Positions 20,411 to 30,635 of a DNA stretch of 64,000 nucleotides are shown here, one piece after another. Source of the stretch: a virus; the IMG/VR virus record IMGVR_UViG_3300032223_003183, positions 7,894 to 71,893 of that record, one strand, 5' to 3'. The notes beneath the pieces are model-generated. The model was not told the origin of the DNA, ran no database searches, and saw only the letters and a program-made list of their open reading frames with translations. The position numbers and the translations under genes were made by a program. The stretch's first letter is position 1. Every line of letters starts with the position of its first letter.

Positions 20411-21997
20411 ATGAATAAATTATCTATATTAAAAAGATTAATCAAAGAAGAGATTGAGGATTTCCAAAATTCTCAACCTTTGACTTTTGAAAATGATCCA
20501 TTAGAATATATTCTTCAAAAGTATCAATCATTAAATGATACATTAGAAGACTTAATGACACCTCACTATAGAGATTTAATTTCGGGTGTATTTGTAATAG
20601 CTTATAAACCAACTACATTTAGAATTATACTTCATAATAAACAAGAATTCTATTTAATTTATGGACCAACTTGTTATACTGCTAAGATAGCAGGTAAAAA
20701 ATATTATTTAGAAAATTTATCTGAAGAAGAATTTGCTATCACTTCTATTGCTCAATTATTAGAATTAGGTTTACCTCCAGGAAGTACTGGACCAGAAACC
20801 CCAACAAAAAACGAAGCTAATCCAACTGAGGAAAAACCAGCAGAAGAAACTCCACCAGCAGAAGAAAAAAAACCTGAAGAAGTAAAAGAAGGATTAAATA
20901 AAATCATTAAATTTAGAATATTAACTGAAGCTAGTGATAGAAATGTTAATACAAATACTGCGAAAGCAATTTCTTTTTTTTTAACTAAAGCAGATCCTTC
21001 ATTAGGATTTAAAGCTCAAAGTGATAAAAAAAGATTAGGTAATACTAAAAAACAAAGCCCTGCAGATGTAGAAGCAGCTTTTACTGATATTTTACAAGCT
21101 AAAAACATTACCCCAATTCCACCAGGTGTAGCACCTAACCCATCAGGTAAATTTACCATGTATGAGTTTGAAACTCCTGATTTTGGATTAGTAAGAATAA
21201 TTGTAAGTGGAGGTGGTAATGAAGGTGAAAAATACGAACAAAATTTTGTAGCTAGTGCTAAAGAATTAGCAGGTACTCCTAATAAAGATTTACCTAAAGC
21301 ATTACAAACTTTATATAGTACTCTAGGTATAGATAATACTAAATTAACATCAGAAGATATTTCATTTGCTGGAGGTACGGATACTAAAAGAGATTTAAGT
21401 TTTGAAGGGCCTAAAGATATTGGATCAACAATATCCGATATTACTATTATGTATGAAGGTGAACCTTATTATATTTCATTAAAAAATAAAAGTGGAAGTG
21501 GGTTATATAGTGGTAAAAACGTTCCATTCTTTGCAATGCAAGGTGATAAAGTAGTTTATGATGCTTCTAAAAATGATCCAGCTTCTGATTCTAGTCAATT
21601 AATTGATATATTTAATATAGATGAAGATAAAGTAGCTGAAGGTTTAAATAATTATATTAATAAAACTGGAACTCCTACTACTTGGGAACCAATTAATATA
21701 GAAACAGGTAAATTTAAAAATTTCTTAGCTTCATCATTTGGGTATGGTTATTACTATGTAAAAGAAACCAAAGGAGGAGATGTTAAAGTAGTTCCAATTT
21801 TAACAGCAGAGGATGCTGATAAAGCAGTTGGTAATATAACCCAAACATTTGTTAAATATCCAGGTCCAAACACTAAAATAGCTGCATTATTAATTAAATC
21901 AACTGGTGGAATATTTGGTGATTCACAATTTTTAGTAACATTAAGAAATGCTCAAGGTAAACTATTACCATTATCTTTAAGGATAAGCAAATTATAA
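20411..21997 (+). CDS. Two-domain protein; C-terminal part is PD-(D/E)XK restriction-endonuclease-like
   Basis: LKRLIKEEIE leader; Pro/Glu linker; GEKYE...ISDITI...YISLK catalytic-like motif. Confidence 0.5.
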   Translation: MNKLSILKRLIKEEIEDFQNSQPLTFENDPLEYILQKYQSLNDTLEDLMTPHYRDLISGVFVIAYKPTTFRIILHNKQEFYLIYGPTCYTAKIAGKKYYLENLSEEEFAITSIAQLLELGLPPGSTGPETPTKNEANPTEEKPAEETPPAEEKKPEEVKEGLNKIIKFRILTEASDRNVNTNTAKAISFFLTKADPSLGFKAQSDKKRLGNTKKQSPADVEAAFTDILQAKNITPIPPGVAPNPSGKFTMYEFETPDFGLVRIIVSGGGNEGEKYEQNFVASAKELAGTPNKDLPKALQTLYSTLGIDNTKLTSEDISFAGGTDTKRDLSFEGPKDIGSTISDITIMYEGEPYYISLKNKSGSGLYSGKNVPFFAMQGDKVVYDASKNDPASDSSQLIDIFNIDEDKVAEGLNNYINKTGTPTTWEPINIETGKFKNFLASSFGYGYYYVKETKGGDVKVVPILTAEDADKAVGNITQTFVKYPGPNTKIAALLIKSTGGIFGDSQFLVTLRNAQGKLLPLSLRISKL

Positions 21998-22023
21998 AAA
22001 TAAATAATTTTCTATTTTCAAAG

Positions 22024-22059
22024 AAATCTGCAATTCCATTTGGATGAGCAGATTTTTTT
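22024..22059 (+). terminator. Intrinsic terminator-like hairpin
   Basis: AAATCTGC...GCAGATTT followed by a T run. Confidence 0.55.
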
Positions 22060-22068
22060 ACGTATATT
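22039..22068 (+). promoter_or_regulatory. Putative host-type/early promoter TTTGG-N19-TATATT
   Basis: Same spacing as at 10532 and 40327; precedes the oxidoreductase. Confidence 0.45.
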
Positions 22069-22091
22069 AATCCCTAGTAAAAATTTAAAAC

Positions 22092-23396
22092 ATGAGTAAA
22101 AAAATTGTAATTGTAGGTGCTGGTGTAGCAGGTATTAATGCTGCTACTAAATTAGTAGACAATAACTATAAAGGTAAAATTACTATTATTGATATGGGGA
22201 AAGATCCTCATAAACGATTACCAAGTGAAGTAATGTGTGGTTTTGCAGGTGCAGGAGCATGGAGTGATGGTAAATTAACTTATCATACAGCCATTGGTGG
22301 TCAATTAAAAAAATACTGTGGTGAAGATAAAGCCATGGAATTAATGGATCAAGTTATTACTAACTTCAAACGTTTTCATCCTAAACCAGAAGAAGTACAA
22401 TGTTCAAATCCTGAAGCTGAACCTGAATTTATTAAACCATACTTTGGTTTAAGATTATTTCCTGTATGGCACGTTGGAACTGATTATCTATTAGAAATTG
22501 CTAAAAATTGGTATTCATATTTAGTTGATAATGGAGTTGAATTTGTATGGGAAACCAAAGTAACAGATATTAATTTTAGTAAACAAATATTACGCTTTAA
22601 TGATCCAAATATGTTTTGTACTTATGATGAACTTATTTTTGGTGTAGGTAAATCAGGTATTGACTTTGGTAAACAATTAGCTGAAAAATATGATTTACCA
22701 ACTGAACCTAAATCAGTACAAATTGGTGTTAGATTTGAAGCACCCCAAGAACACTTTCAAAAATTAATTGATATTTCATATGACTTTAAATTATATAGAA
22801 AATTTGATGATAAAGGAGTATCACTTCGTTCATTCTGTACTAATAATAATGCTGCTTATGTTGCAGTAGAAGAAACATACGGAAACTATACTTACAATGG
22901 TCATGCTAAAAAAGATGAGAAGTATAGAAACAATATGACTAATTTCGGTATTATTATGGAATTAAATGGTATTGAAAATCCATTTGAATGGAGTAGAGAA
23001 ATTGTTAAACAATGCCAATCACTAGACCATAGAGGATTATATTATTCACCTTCAAGAAAACCTTCATTCACTTCAGAAGGAGAACATGTTGATGCTTTTC
23101 AAATATCAGAAGCTGATATGGTTAGTGTAAGAAGAACATTCCAAGGTTATTTTAGATACATTGATGATTTTATTGATGATATGAAAAAAGTATTTCCTAC
23201 ATTAAAAGACGATTGGGGTATGTATATACCTGAAGTAAAATATTTATCACCTGAGCCACTTGTTGATTATACCAACTTAGCCTTGACCAAGTATCCTAAC
23301 GTACATTTTGTTGGTGATGCCCTTTCCGCTAGAGGTATAACAGTAAGTGGTGCACAAGGTATTTATGTTGCAGAAGATATTTTGAAATACGAATAA
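22092..23396 (+). CDS. FAD-dependent oxidoreductase/dehydrogenase (COG2509-like)
   Basis: IVIVGAGVAG Rossmann motif; GAGAWSDGKL; IGVRFE; RSFC; HFVGD...RGI..SGAQG. Confidence 0.85.
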   Translation: MSKKIVIVGAGVAGINAATKLVDNNYKGKITIIDMGKDPHKRLPSEVMCGFAGAGAWSDGKLTYHTAIGGQLKKYCGEDKAMELMDQVITNFKRFHPKPEEVQCSNPEAEPEFIKPYFGLRLFPVWHVGTDYLLEIAKNWYSYLVDNGVEFVWETKVTDINFSKQILRFNDPNMFCTYDELIFGVGKSGIDFGKQLAEKYDLPTEPKSVQIGVRFEAPQEHFQKLIDISYDFKLYRKFDDKGVSLRSFCTNNNAAYVAVEETYGNYTYNGHAKKDEKYRNNMTNFGIIMELNGIENPFEWSREIVKQCQSLDHRGLYYSPSRKPSFTSEGEHVDAFQISEADMVSVRRTFQGYFRYIDDFIDDMKKVFPTLKDDWGMYIPEVKYLSPEPLVDYTNLALTKYPNVHFVGDALSARGITVSGAQGIYVAEDILKYE

Positions 23397-23415
23397 TTTT
23401 TATTATATTATACAC

Positions 23416-23664
23416 ATGGAAGGAAAAGAACAAGATTATAAATCAAGAACATTAACTACCCAAGATGGTAGAACAATTACATATTTTGATGGTAAATTAC
23501 ATAACTGGGATGGTCCAGCATTAAAATATGCTAAGGAATTAAAGAAAAAAGACGAATACTATCTTTATGGTTTTCAGTACACTAAAGAAGAATGGCTAGA
23601 AGCACGTAGAGATAGACATGGAGTACCACCAGATAAGAATCCACAAGTAACATCAAGATTTTAA
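23416..23664 (+). CDS. Hypothetical protein with a MORN-variant-like motif
   Basis: YFDGKLHNWDGPA...EYYLYG. Confidence 0.55.
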   Translation: MEGKEQDYKSRTLTTQDGRTITYFDGKLHNWDGPALKYAKELKKKDEYYLYGFQYTKEEWLEARRDRHGVPPDKNPQVTSRF

Positions 23665-23694
23665 TAATATTAATACAATTTTAAAAAACAAGTT

Positions 23695-24225
23695 ATGAAA
23701 ATAGGTTTATGCGGTTCTATGTCTGTTGGCAAAACAACATTAGTTAATGCTTTAAAAGAGCTACCACAGTTTAAAGACTATAATTTTGCTACTGAACGTA
23801 GTAAATATTTAAGAGATTTAGGTATTCCATTAAATACTGATTCTACATTAAAAGGTCAAACTGTATTTTTATCAGAACGTTGTGCTGAATTAATGCATGA
23901 GAATATTATTACTGATAGAACTGTTATTGATGTAATGGCTTTTACACAGGCTGCTAAATCAATAAATCAAACAGATAAAATTGCATATGAAGAATATGCT
24001 CGTAATTTTATTGGAGAATACGATTATATTTTTTACATTTCTCCTGATGGAGTAGAAATAGAAGATAATGGTGTAAGAGAAACTAATGCTGAATATAGAA
24101 ATTTGATTGATTTTATTATTAGAGATACTTTAATATCATATAATCATAGATTAAAATGTTGTGTACCTATAAAAGGTACTACTGAGCAACGTATTAAACA
24201 AATATTAGAAACTATTTCTCTGTAA
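23695..24225 (+). CDS. NadR/AAA_28-type P-loop kinase (nucleoside/nucleotide kinase-like)
   Basis: KIGLCGSMSVGKTTL; ITDRTVID; YDYIFY...EDNGVR. Confidence 0.8.
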   Translation: MKIGLCGSMSVGKTTLVNALKELPQFKDYNFATERSKYLRDLGIPLNTDSTLKGQTVFLSERCAELMHENIITDRTVIDVMAFTQAAKSINQTDKIAYEEYARNFIGEYDYIFYISPDGVEIEDNGVRETNAEYRNLIDFIIRDTLISYNHRLKCCVPIKGTTEQRIKQILETISL

Positions 24226-24233
24226 TATTTATA
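24226..24233 (+). promoter_or_regulatory. TATTTATA putative late promoter
   Basis: Directly after the stop, upstream of ATG 24263. Confidence 0.6.
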
Positions 24234-24262
24234 TCAAAACATTAATTTAAAAAATATAAAAC

Positions 24263-25267
24263 ATGGACATTAACGATAATTTTGATTTACGTAAGCATAG
24301 AGATTTCTTACTATCTGAATCAAGAATTAATGAGAGATTTGCTGACAAAATGTATGATGTAAATCCTCTTACTGGTGAGAAAGAAAGAGTAATCTACGAA
24401 AATGAAGTAGAAAGATTAGGTATTTTTGACGATATTGATCAAGATTTACTTCATGGTGATTATGGAGATGGAGAAGATAGACTAGAATATTTAGATGCTG
24501 TTATCAAATATTGTACTAAAAAAATGGAAGACCAAGGTGATGATAATGGTGGATTATATGATATTGAACCTTCAGATGATATTGAATCTTTAGAGGAAAG
24601 CGAAGAATTAGAAGAACTGGCTAAATTAACTAGTGCAGGTGGTACTTTTACCCCACTAGGACAAAGAGCAGCTGACATCATTAAAACTAATCCAGAATTA
24701 GAAAAATCAGCATTATTGAAAGCTTTAAACTCAGATCCTGAAATTTCTAAAATTTTAGATGCTAGTGAAGAAGAATTACACCAAAACCAAACAAATAAAT
24801 TTGCTGCTTTAGTTCGTGGTTCAAGAGAATTAGGACAAAGAGGTAGAAAAGCAGATCCAAATAAACCAGCTGCTGAACCAAAAGCAAAAGCTGAAAAACC
24901 AGCTTCACAAAAATTAAAAATTACAAACCCTAAAGCAGACGAAAAACCAGTTCCTTCTGTATTTGATGGTGGAGAAGCTGATGCAGAAGATATTGCGGAT
25001 GAAATGGCTGCAACAAGAGCTGCTAAGGGTGGTAAAAGATTAGGTACTGCTGCTGAAAAATTAGCTCAAGTAACTAAAGAAATGAAAGCTTTAATTCCTG
25101 CTTATCAAGCTGCTAAAGGTACTGCTAAAGAAGCTGCTATTGTAGCCCAATTAAAAGATTTAACTGCTGAGAAAAAAGCTTTAGAAGCTAAAGTAAACAA
25201 AATGATTAAAGCTCCAAAAACACAAGCTGCTTCTGATTTATATGATTATGGAGATGAAAATCTTTAA
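24263..25267 (+). CDS. Hypothetical acidic/Ala-Lys-rich protein, putative internal head protein
   Basis: DNFDLRK...LLSE...INE leader; acidic LEE tracts; immediately upstream of terminase. Confidence 0.5.
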   Translation: MDINDNFDLRKHRDFLLSESRINERFADKMYDVNPLTGEKERVIYENEVERLGIFDDIDQDLLHGDYGDGEDRLEYLDAVIKYCTKKMEDQGDDNGGLYDIEPSDDIESLEESEELEELAKLTSAGGTFTPLGQRAADIIKTNPELEKSALLKALNSDPEISKILDASEEELHQNQTNKFAALVRGSRELGQRGRKADPNKPAAEPKAKAEKPASQKLKITNPKADEKPVPSVFDGGEADAEDIADEMAATRAAKGGKRLGTAAEKLAQVTKEMKALIPAYQAAKGTAKEAAIVAQLKDLTAEKKALEAKVNKMIKAPKTQAASDLYDYGDENL

Positions 25268-25284
25268 TCAAACCAAACTAAGTT

Positions 25285-26889
25285 ATGTCTGAAAATCAAA
25301 ATCCAGTCCCATTAAAGGACATGATAAAACAAGAGTGGATAAGATGTGCCCAAGATCCCGTGTACTGGATGAAAAAATATTACTGGATTCAACACCCACA
25401 AAGAGGTAGAATCCAGTTTAACCTTTTCCCCTTCCAAGAAAAAGTATTATACCAACTACAAAAGAACGAGTATACAATTATTAATAAATCTCGTCAGTTA
25501 GGTATATCAACATTAGCCTCAGCCTATGCTTTATGGTTAATGTTATTTAACAAAGATAAAAACGTACTGTGTATTGCAACCAAGCAGGAAACTGCTAAAA
25601 ACATGGTAACTAAAGTACGTTTTGGTTATGATAATTTACCTAAATGGTTAAAAACAAGTGATAAACCATCAGAAAATAATAAGTTATCACTTAAATTAAC
25701 TAACGGATCACAAATTAAAGCAGTTGGTGCTACAGCGGATGCGGGTCGTTCAGAAGCCGTTTCTTTTCTTATTATTGATGAGGCCGCTTTCATTGAAGGT
25801 ATTGATGAGATTTTCGCTTCAGCTCAGCAAACCTTAGCTACTGGGGGTCAATGTTTAGCCTTATCTACACCTTATGGTACAGGTAACTGGTTTCATAGAA
25901 CATTTACTAAAGCACAAGCTAGAGAAAATAGATTTGTTCCACTATCTTTACCTTGGACTGTTCACCCTGAACGAGACCAAACATGGAGAGATGCTCAAGA
26001 TGAAATCTTAGGACTAAGAAACGCAGCACAAGAGTGTGATTGCGATTTTAGCACCTCAGGGGATACTGTTATTGAACCAGATTTACTTAACTTTTATGAA
26101 TCTGCTTTTATTTCAGAACCAATGGAAAGAAGAGGAGCAGGTGGAGATTTATGGATTTGGGAATTACCTGATTATTCAAAATCATATATGGTAGTAGCCG
26201 ACGTTGCTCGTGGAGATGGAACTGACTACTCTGCATTTCATATTTTTGATGTAGCTGAAGCAAAACAAGTAGCTGAATTTAAATCACAAGTTCAAACAAA
26301 AGATTATGCTCACATATTATTTTCAATAGCCACTGAATATAATGATGCCTTACTAGTAGTAGAAAATGCTAATATTGGATGGAGCGTAATAGAAAATTTA
26401 ATAGACAGAGGTTATAGAAATTTATATTACTCCTCTAAAGCCGATACCACAATGGGTGCTAATGAAAATCAATTAGCAAGAATGGAAAACGGTCAAGGTA
26501 TGATACCAGGTTTTACAACTTCAATGAAAACAAGACCACTTTGTGTTTCAAAATTAGTTTCGTACCTACAAGAAAGATCAGTTATTTTCCAATCTCGTAG
26601 ACTAATGGATGAATTAAGAGTATTCGTTTGGAAGAACGGAAAAGCTCAATCCCAATCAGGTTATAATGATGACTTGGTAATGTCTTTTTCCATTGGTTTA
26701 TTCCTGAGAGACACTGCATTACGTTTTAGACAACAGGGTCTAGATTTAACTAGAGCTACTTTAGGTAGTTTCCATACTACAACACAACAAGCCCCTGGTA
26801 TTTTTTCTTACAATTCTCAAGTTGATAATCCATATCAAATGAAAGATAGTATGGGGAATACAGAAGACTTAAATTGGCTTCTTGGTTAA
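25285..26889 (+). CDS. terL: Terminase large subunit (T4 gp17-like)
   Basis: KSRQLGIST Walker A; LIIDEAAF Walker B; STPYG; VADVARG.G.DYSA; NDDLVMS nuclease motifs. Confidence 0.95.
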   Translation: MSENQNPVPLKDMIKQEWIRCAQDPVYWMKKYYWIQHPQRGRIQFNLFPFQEKVLYQLQKNEYTIINKSRQLGISTLASAYALWLMLFNKDKNVLCIATKQETAKNMVTKVRFGYDNLPKWLKTSDKPSENNKLSLKLTNGSQIKAVGATADAGRSEAVSFLIIDEAAFIEGIDEIFASAQQTLATGGQCLALSTPYGTGNWFHRTFTKAQARENRFVPLSLPWTVHPERDQTWRDAQDEILGLRNAAQECDCDFSTSGDTVIEPDLLNFYESAFISEPMERRGAGGDLWIWELPDYSKSYMVVADVARGDGTDYSAFHIFDVAEAKQVAEFKSQVQTKDYAHILFSIATEYNDALLVVENANIGWSVIENLIDRGYRNLYYSSKADTTMGANENQLARMENGQGMIPGFTTSMKTRPLCVSKLVSYLQERSVIFQSRRLMDELRVFVWKNGKAQSQSGYNDDLVMSFSIGLFLRDTALRFRQQGLDLTRATLGSFHTTTQQAPGIFSYNSQVDNPYQMKDSMGNTEDLNWLLG

Positions 26890-26897
26890 AAAACAAA

Positions 26898-26905
26898 TAT
26901 TTATA
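26898..26905 (+). promoter_or_regulatory. TATTTATA putative late promoter
   Basis: 17 nt upstream of the portal ATG. Confidence 0.6.
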
Positions 26906-26922
26906 ATATATAATAGAATTTT

Positions 26923-28851
26923 ATGGTAGATACTTCATTTTTCGGTAGATTACAACGATTATTTTCAACAGACGTCATAATAAGAAACGTTGGAGGTAAC
27001 CAATTAAAAGTAATGGATACTGATCGTATCCAACAACTTGGTACAATCCAAACTAACTCACTTTTCGATAGATATAATAAGGTTTATACTACAACTGGTG
27101 GTTTAAACTTCAATTTTAATAGCGACTTAACATACCCTACTACTCGTATTCAGTTGTATACTGATTATGAAATGATGGATCAAGATTCTATTATTGCTTC
27201 TACATTAGATATCTTAGCTGACGAGACTTGTTTGAGAAATGATATGGGAGAAGTATTACAGATACGTTCTTCTGATGATACCGTTCAAAAAATTCTTTAT
27301 AACTTATTTTACGATGTATTAAATATTGAATTTAATCTTTGGTCATGGACTCGTAATATGTGTAAGTATGGTGATTTTTATCTTAAACTAGAAATTTCAG
27401 AAAAATTTGGTGTTTATAACGTTATACCATTTTCTTCTTATTCTATTATTAGATTAGAAGGTAAAAACCCAGAAAAACCACAAGAAGTAAAATTCAGATA
27501 CGATCCTACTTTTACATCACAACAATCAGCAACAGGCCCACAAGTAATGTCTTCATATACTCGTAATAATAGTGAAGCAATTATATTTGATAATTATGAA
27601 ATGGCACACTTCAGATTATTATCTGATTTTAACTATTTACCCTATGGTAGAAGTTATATTGAACCTGCTCGTAAAGTATTTAAACAATTAACATTACTAG
27701 AGGATGCAATGCTTATCCATCGTATTGTTAGAGCTCCTGAAAAACGTACTTTCTTTATCAATGTTGGTAATATTCCACCTAATGAGGTAGAAAACTATAT
27801 GCAAAAAACCATCAATAAGATGAAAAAAACTCCATATATGGATCCTACAACAGGTGAATATAACTTAAAATATAATATGCAAAACATATTAGAAGATTTC
27901 TACATTCCAGTTAGAGGAGGAGATACTACTACTAAAATTGAAACTACAAAAGGTTTAGATTATACTGCTATTGAAGATATTGAATACTTAAAAGATAAAT
28001 TATTTGCTGCCTTAAAAATGCCAAAAGCATATCTAGGGTATGAAAAAGACTTAACAGGTAAGGCTACATTAGCTGCTGAAGATATTCGTTTTGCTCGTAC
28101 AGTAGAAAGATTACAAAAAATATTAATTTCAGAATTAACAAAAATTGCTTTAGTTCACTTATATTCACAAGGATATGATGGAGAAGCGTTAACCAATTTT
28201 GAATTATCATTAACTGTTCCTTCTATTATTTACGAACAAGAAAAAATTGCTTTAATGAAAGAAAAATCTTCATTAGCAACAGAATTAATTCAAAATAAAA
28301 TTGTTCCAACTGATTGGGTTTATGATCATATATTTAACTTTAGTGAAAATGAATATGATGAATATAGAGATCTAATTATAGAAGACGCTAAACGTAAATT
28401 TAGAATTGATCAAATTGAAACTGAAGGAAACGATCCATACAAAACTGGTGAAGCATATGGTACACCACACACTTTAGCTTCATTATATGGCCCAGGAAGA
28501 TATCCAGGTACTGAAGGTACCCCTAAAGGATATGATGAAAAAGGAGATACATATCCTGATCAAGTTTTGGGTAGACCAAAAGAAAAAGCATCTAATATTA
28601 ATACACAAGAAAACCCATTAGGTAAAGATAGATTAGGTAGAGCAGGAATGAAAAATGGAGATGATGAAGCTAAAGGATTTAAAACCGCATATAAAGGTGG
28701 ATCTCCATTAGCATTAGAGAATGCAGGTACACAAGCTGTATACCATCAAATTTCAAGTAATTTAAAAAGTATGTTCCCACAACGTAAAGTAAGTTTATTT
28801 GAGGAAAGCGATTTATTAAATGAAGATAATCTTCTAAAAGAAGACAAATAA
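26923..28851 (+). CDS. Portal protein (T4 gp20-like)
   Basis: LEDAMLIHRIVRAPEKRTFFINVGN; EDFYIPVRG; IEDIEYLKDKLFAALKMP. Confidence 0.95.
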   Translation: MVDTSFFGRLQRLFSTDVIIRNVGGNQLKVMDTDRIQQLGTIQTNSLFDRYNKVYTTTGGLNFNFNSDLTYPTTRIQLYTDYEMMDQDSIIASTLDILADETCLRNDMGEVLQIRSSDDTVQKILYNLFYDVLNIEFNLWSWTRNMCKYGDFYLKLEISEKFGVYNVIPFSSYSIIRLEGKNPEKPQEVKFRYDPTFTSQQSATGPQVMSSYTRNNSEAIIFDNYEMAHFRLLSDFNYLPYGRSYIEPARKVFKQLTLLEDAMLIHRIVRAPEKRTFFINVGNIPPNEVENYMQKTINKMKKTPYMDPTTGEYNLKYNMQNILEDFYIPVRGGDTTTKIETTKGLDYTAIEDIEYLKDKLFAALKMPKAYLGYEKDLTGKATLAAEDIRFARTVERLQKILISELTKIALVHLYSQGYDGEALTNFELSLTVPSIIYEQEKIALMKEKSSLATELIQNKIVPTDWVYDHIFNFSENEYDEYRDLIIEDAKRKFRIDQIETEGNDPYKTGEAYGTPHTLASLYGPGRYPGTEGTPKGYDEKGDTYPDQVLGRPKEKASNINTQENPLGKDRLGRAGMKNGDDEAKGFKTAYKGGSPLALENAGTQAVYHQISSNLKSMFPQRKVSLFEESDLLNEDNLLKEDK

Positions 28852-28857
28852 AATTAA

Positions 28858-28865
28858 TATTTATA
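28858..28865 (+). promoter_or_regulatory. TATTTATA putative late promoter
   Basis: Intergenic, upstream of ATG 28891. Confidence 0.6.
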
Positions 28866-28890
28866 ATTAGAAGTTAACTATATTGAATAA

Positions 28891-29751
28891 ATGGCTAATA
28901 TAAAGCATAACAAATATAAAAACACTGGGATCCTATTTGAATTACTTGTAAGAAAAATTACAGCTGATACAATGTCCAGTCAAGATTCTAAGGCTGTTTC
29001 TTTGATTAAAAAGTATTTTGTAAATACAGAATTATCTAAAGAAAATAAACTGTATCAATCGATATCTAAATCACAAAACATTAGTGAGGCCCAAGCAGAT
29101 TCAATTCTTTCAACTATCTTAGAAGTAAATAAAACTTTAGATAGAACTAAATTATCAAAAGAAAAATATAATTTAATTAAAGAAATTAAAGCTAATTTTG
29201 ATATTGATGATTTTTTCAAAGCCAAAATTAATAACTACAAATTATTATCTTCCACTTATACATTATTAGAAGCTAGTTTATCACCATCTAAAAATTTAGA
29301 TGATATTCTTTCTTCTAAAATGAATATCTTAGAAAATATAGCACAAACTAATACTGTAAGCGTTCCACAACCAACAGTAAGTGAGTTTGAAACTTTAGAT
29401 AAAGGAACTCGTGCATTAGTTTACAAAATAATGTTAGAAAAATTTAATGATAGATTCAATACTTTATCTGATGAACAGAAAGAGGTATTAAAAGAATATA
29501 TTAATAATATTTCTAACACTACCAATTTAAAAAAATATGTGGATACTAAATTCACATCATTAAAAGAATCTCTTTTAAAATTCTTACCTAAAATAGAGGA
29601 CGCTACAATTAAAATTAAAGTGAATGAGACAATAAATCTTATTAACCCTATTTTAGAATCTAAAGTTGTAAAAGACGATAATATAGTTGCATTATTACAA
29701 TATCAAGAATTACACAGTGAATTAACAAAAATTCATAATGCAAGTAGATAA
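28891..29751 (+). CDS. Head-module hypothetical protein (helical)
   Basis: 286 aa ORF directly after portal (IKHNKYKNTGILFELL). Confidence 0.6.
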   Translation: MANIKHNKYKNTGILFELLVRKITADTMSSQDSKAVSLIKKYFVNTELSKENKLYQSISKSQNISEAQADSILSTILEVNKTLDRTKLSKEKYNLIKEIKANFDIDDFFKAKINNYKLLSSTYTLLEASLSPSKNLDDILSSKMNILENIAQTNTVSVPQPTVSEFETLDKGTRALVYKIMLEKFNDRFNTLSDEQKEVLKEYINNISNTTNLKKYVDTKFTSLKESLLKFLPKIEDATIKIKVNETINLINPILESKVVKDDNIVALLQYQELHSELTKIHNASR

Positions 29752-30475
29752 ATTAAAAGAATTAGTAAAAAAATATTTAGCTGAACTTCTTGATGAAGAA
29801 TCAGCTTCTGGAGATGCTGGTGGGTTTTTACCTAGAATGATGGTTAAAAAACTTAAGAAGGAAGATACTAATAAAGCTTTTACTCGTAATCCTGCTCGCC
29901 CTAAAACTGCACAAGATATTAATTCACCTACTGGGTTTGAATCAATGCCTGATTCAGCTAAAGTTTATATTAAAGGTGGATTTAAAGCAATTAAACCTGA
30001 AGAAAGAATTGATGCTAAAGATTTATGGAAAGAACAACACTTAAAAGAAAATGAAATGACTGTTGTTCACGATAAACATGCTTTTATCAAACCAAAAAAA
30101 CACCATGAAACTTCTAGACCAGGACATGAAGATTTACCTAACCCAGATAAATACTTTGAACTAGTGAAATTTAAAATTGTTGATCCCGAAAAAAAGAAAA
30201 AGAAAGAAAAACCTCTTAACGAAGTTCGTTACTCTCAATTTAAAGCTCAATCTAAAAATAGAACACCTCAAGAACAATTGCATATGGGTGTTAAACAAAT
30301 TCAACATAAATTAGATGAAATTAATAAATTAGTTGAATTTGCTACTAGAATGAAAACAGAATTAAAAGGTGATGCTGATCAAATGAATTACTTAAAACGT
30401 ACTCATAATGCATTATTTAAAATAAACGAAAGAATACAAGATATTAATAATAAAATAAAAGGTTTAACTGAGTAA
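29738..30475 (+). CDS. Hypothetical protein, putative prohead core/internal protein
   Basis: LKELVKKYLAELLDEE leader; LKE and LNE linkers; C-terminal coiled coil. Confidence 0.5.
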   Translation: MQVDKLKELVKKYLAELLDEESASGDAGGFLPRMMVKKLKKEDTNKAFTRNPARPKTAQDINSPTGFESMPDSAKVYIKGGFKAIKPEERIDAKDLWKEQHLKENEMTVVHDKHAFIKPKKHHETSRPGHEDLPNPDKYFELVKFKIVDPEKKKKKEKPLNEVRYSQFKAQSKNRTPQEQLHMGVKQIQHKLDEINKLVEFATRMKTELKGDADQMNYLKRTHNALFKINERIQDINNKIKGLTE

Positions 30476-30621
30476 TGGCAGCAAAAGTAAAAGCAGCTTC
30501 ATCTACTACTAAAGTAGAAAAAATTAAGGTAAAAAGACCTGGTGTTCACGCTAAATGTAAAACATCAAAATTGAAAAGTTCTAAGAACTATAAAAAATTA
30601 TACAGAGGACAAGGTAAATAA
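30475..30621 (+). CDS. Small highly basic protein (48 aa, ends YRGQGK; not in ORF track)
   Basis: MAAKVKAASSTTKVEKIKVKRPGVHAKCKTSKLKSSKNYKKLYRGQGK; TAATG-coupled. Confidence 0.7.
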   Translation: MAAKVKAASSTTKVEKIKVKRPGVHAKCKTSKLKSSKNYKKLYRGQGK

Positions 30622-30635
30622 AAATATTTATACAC

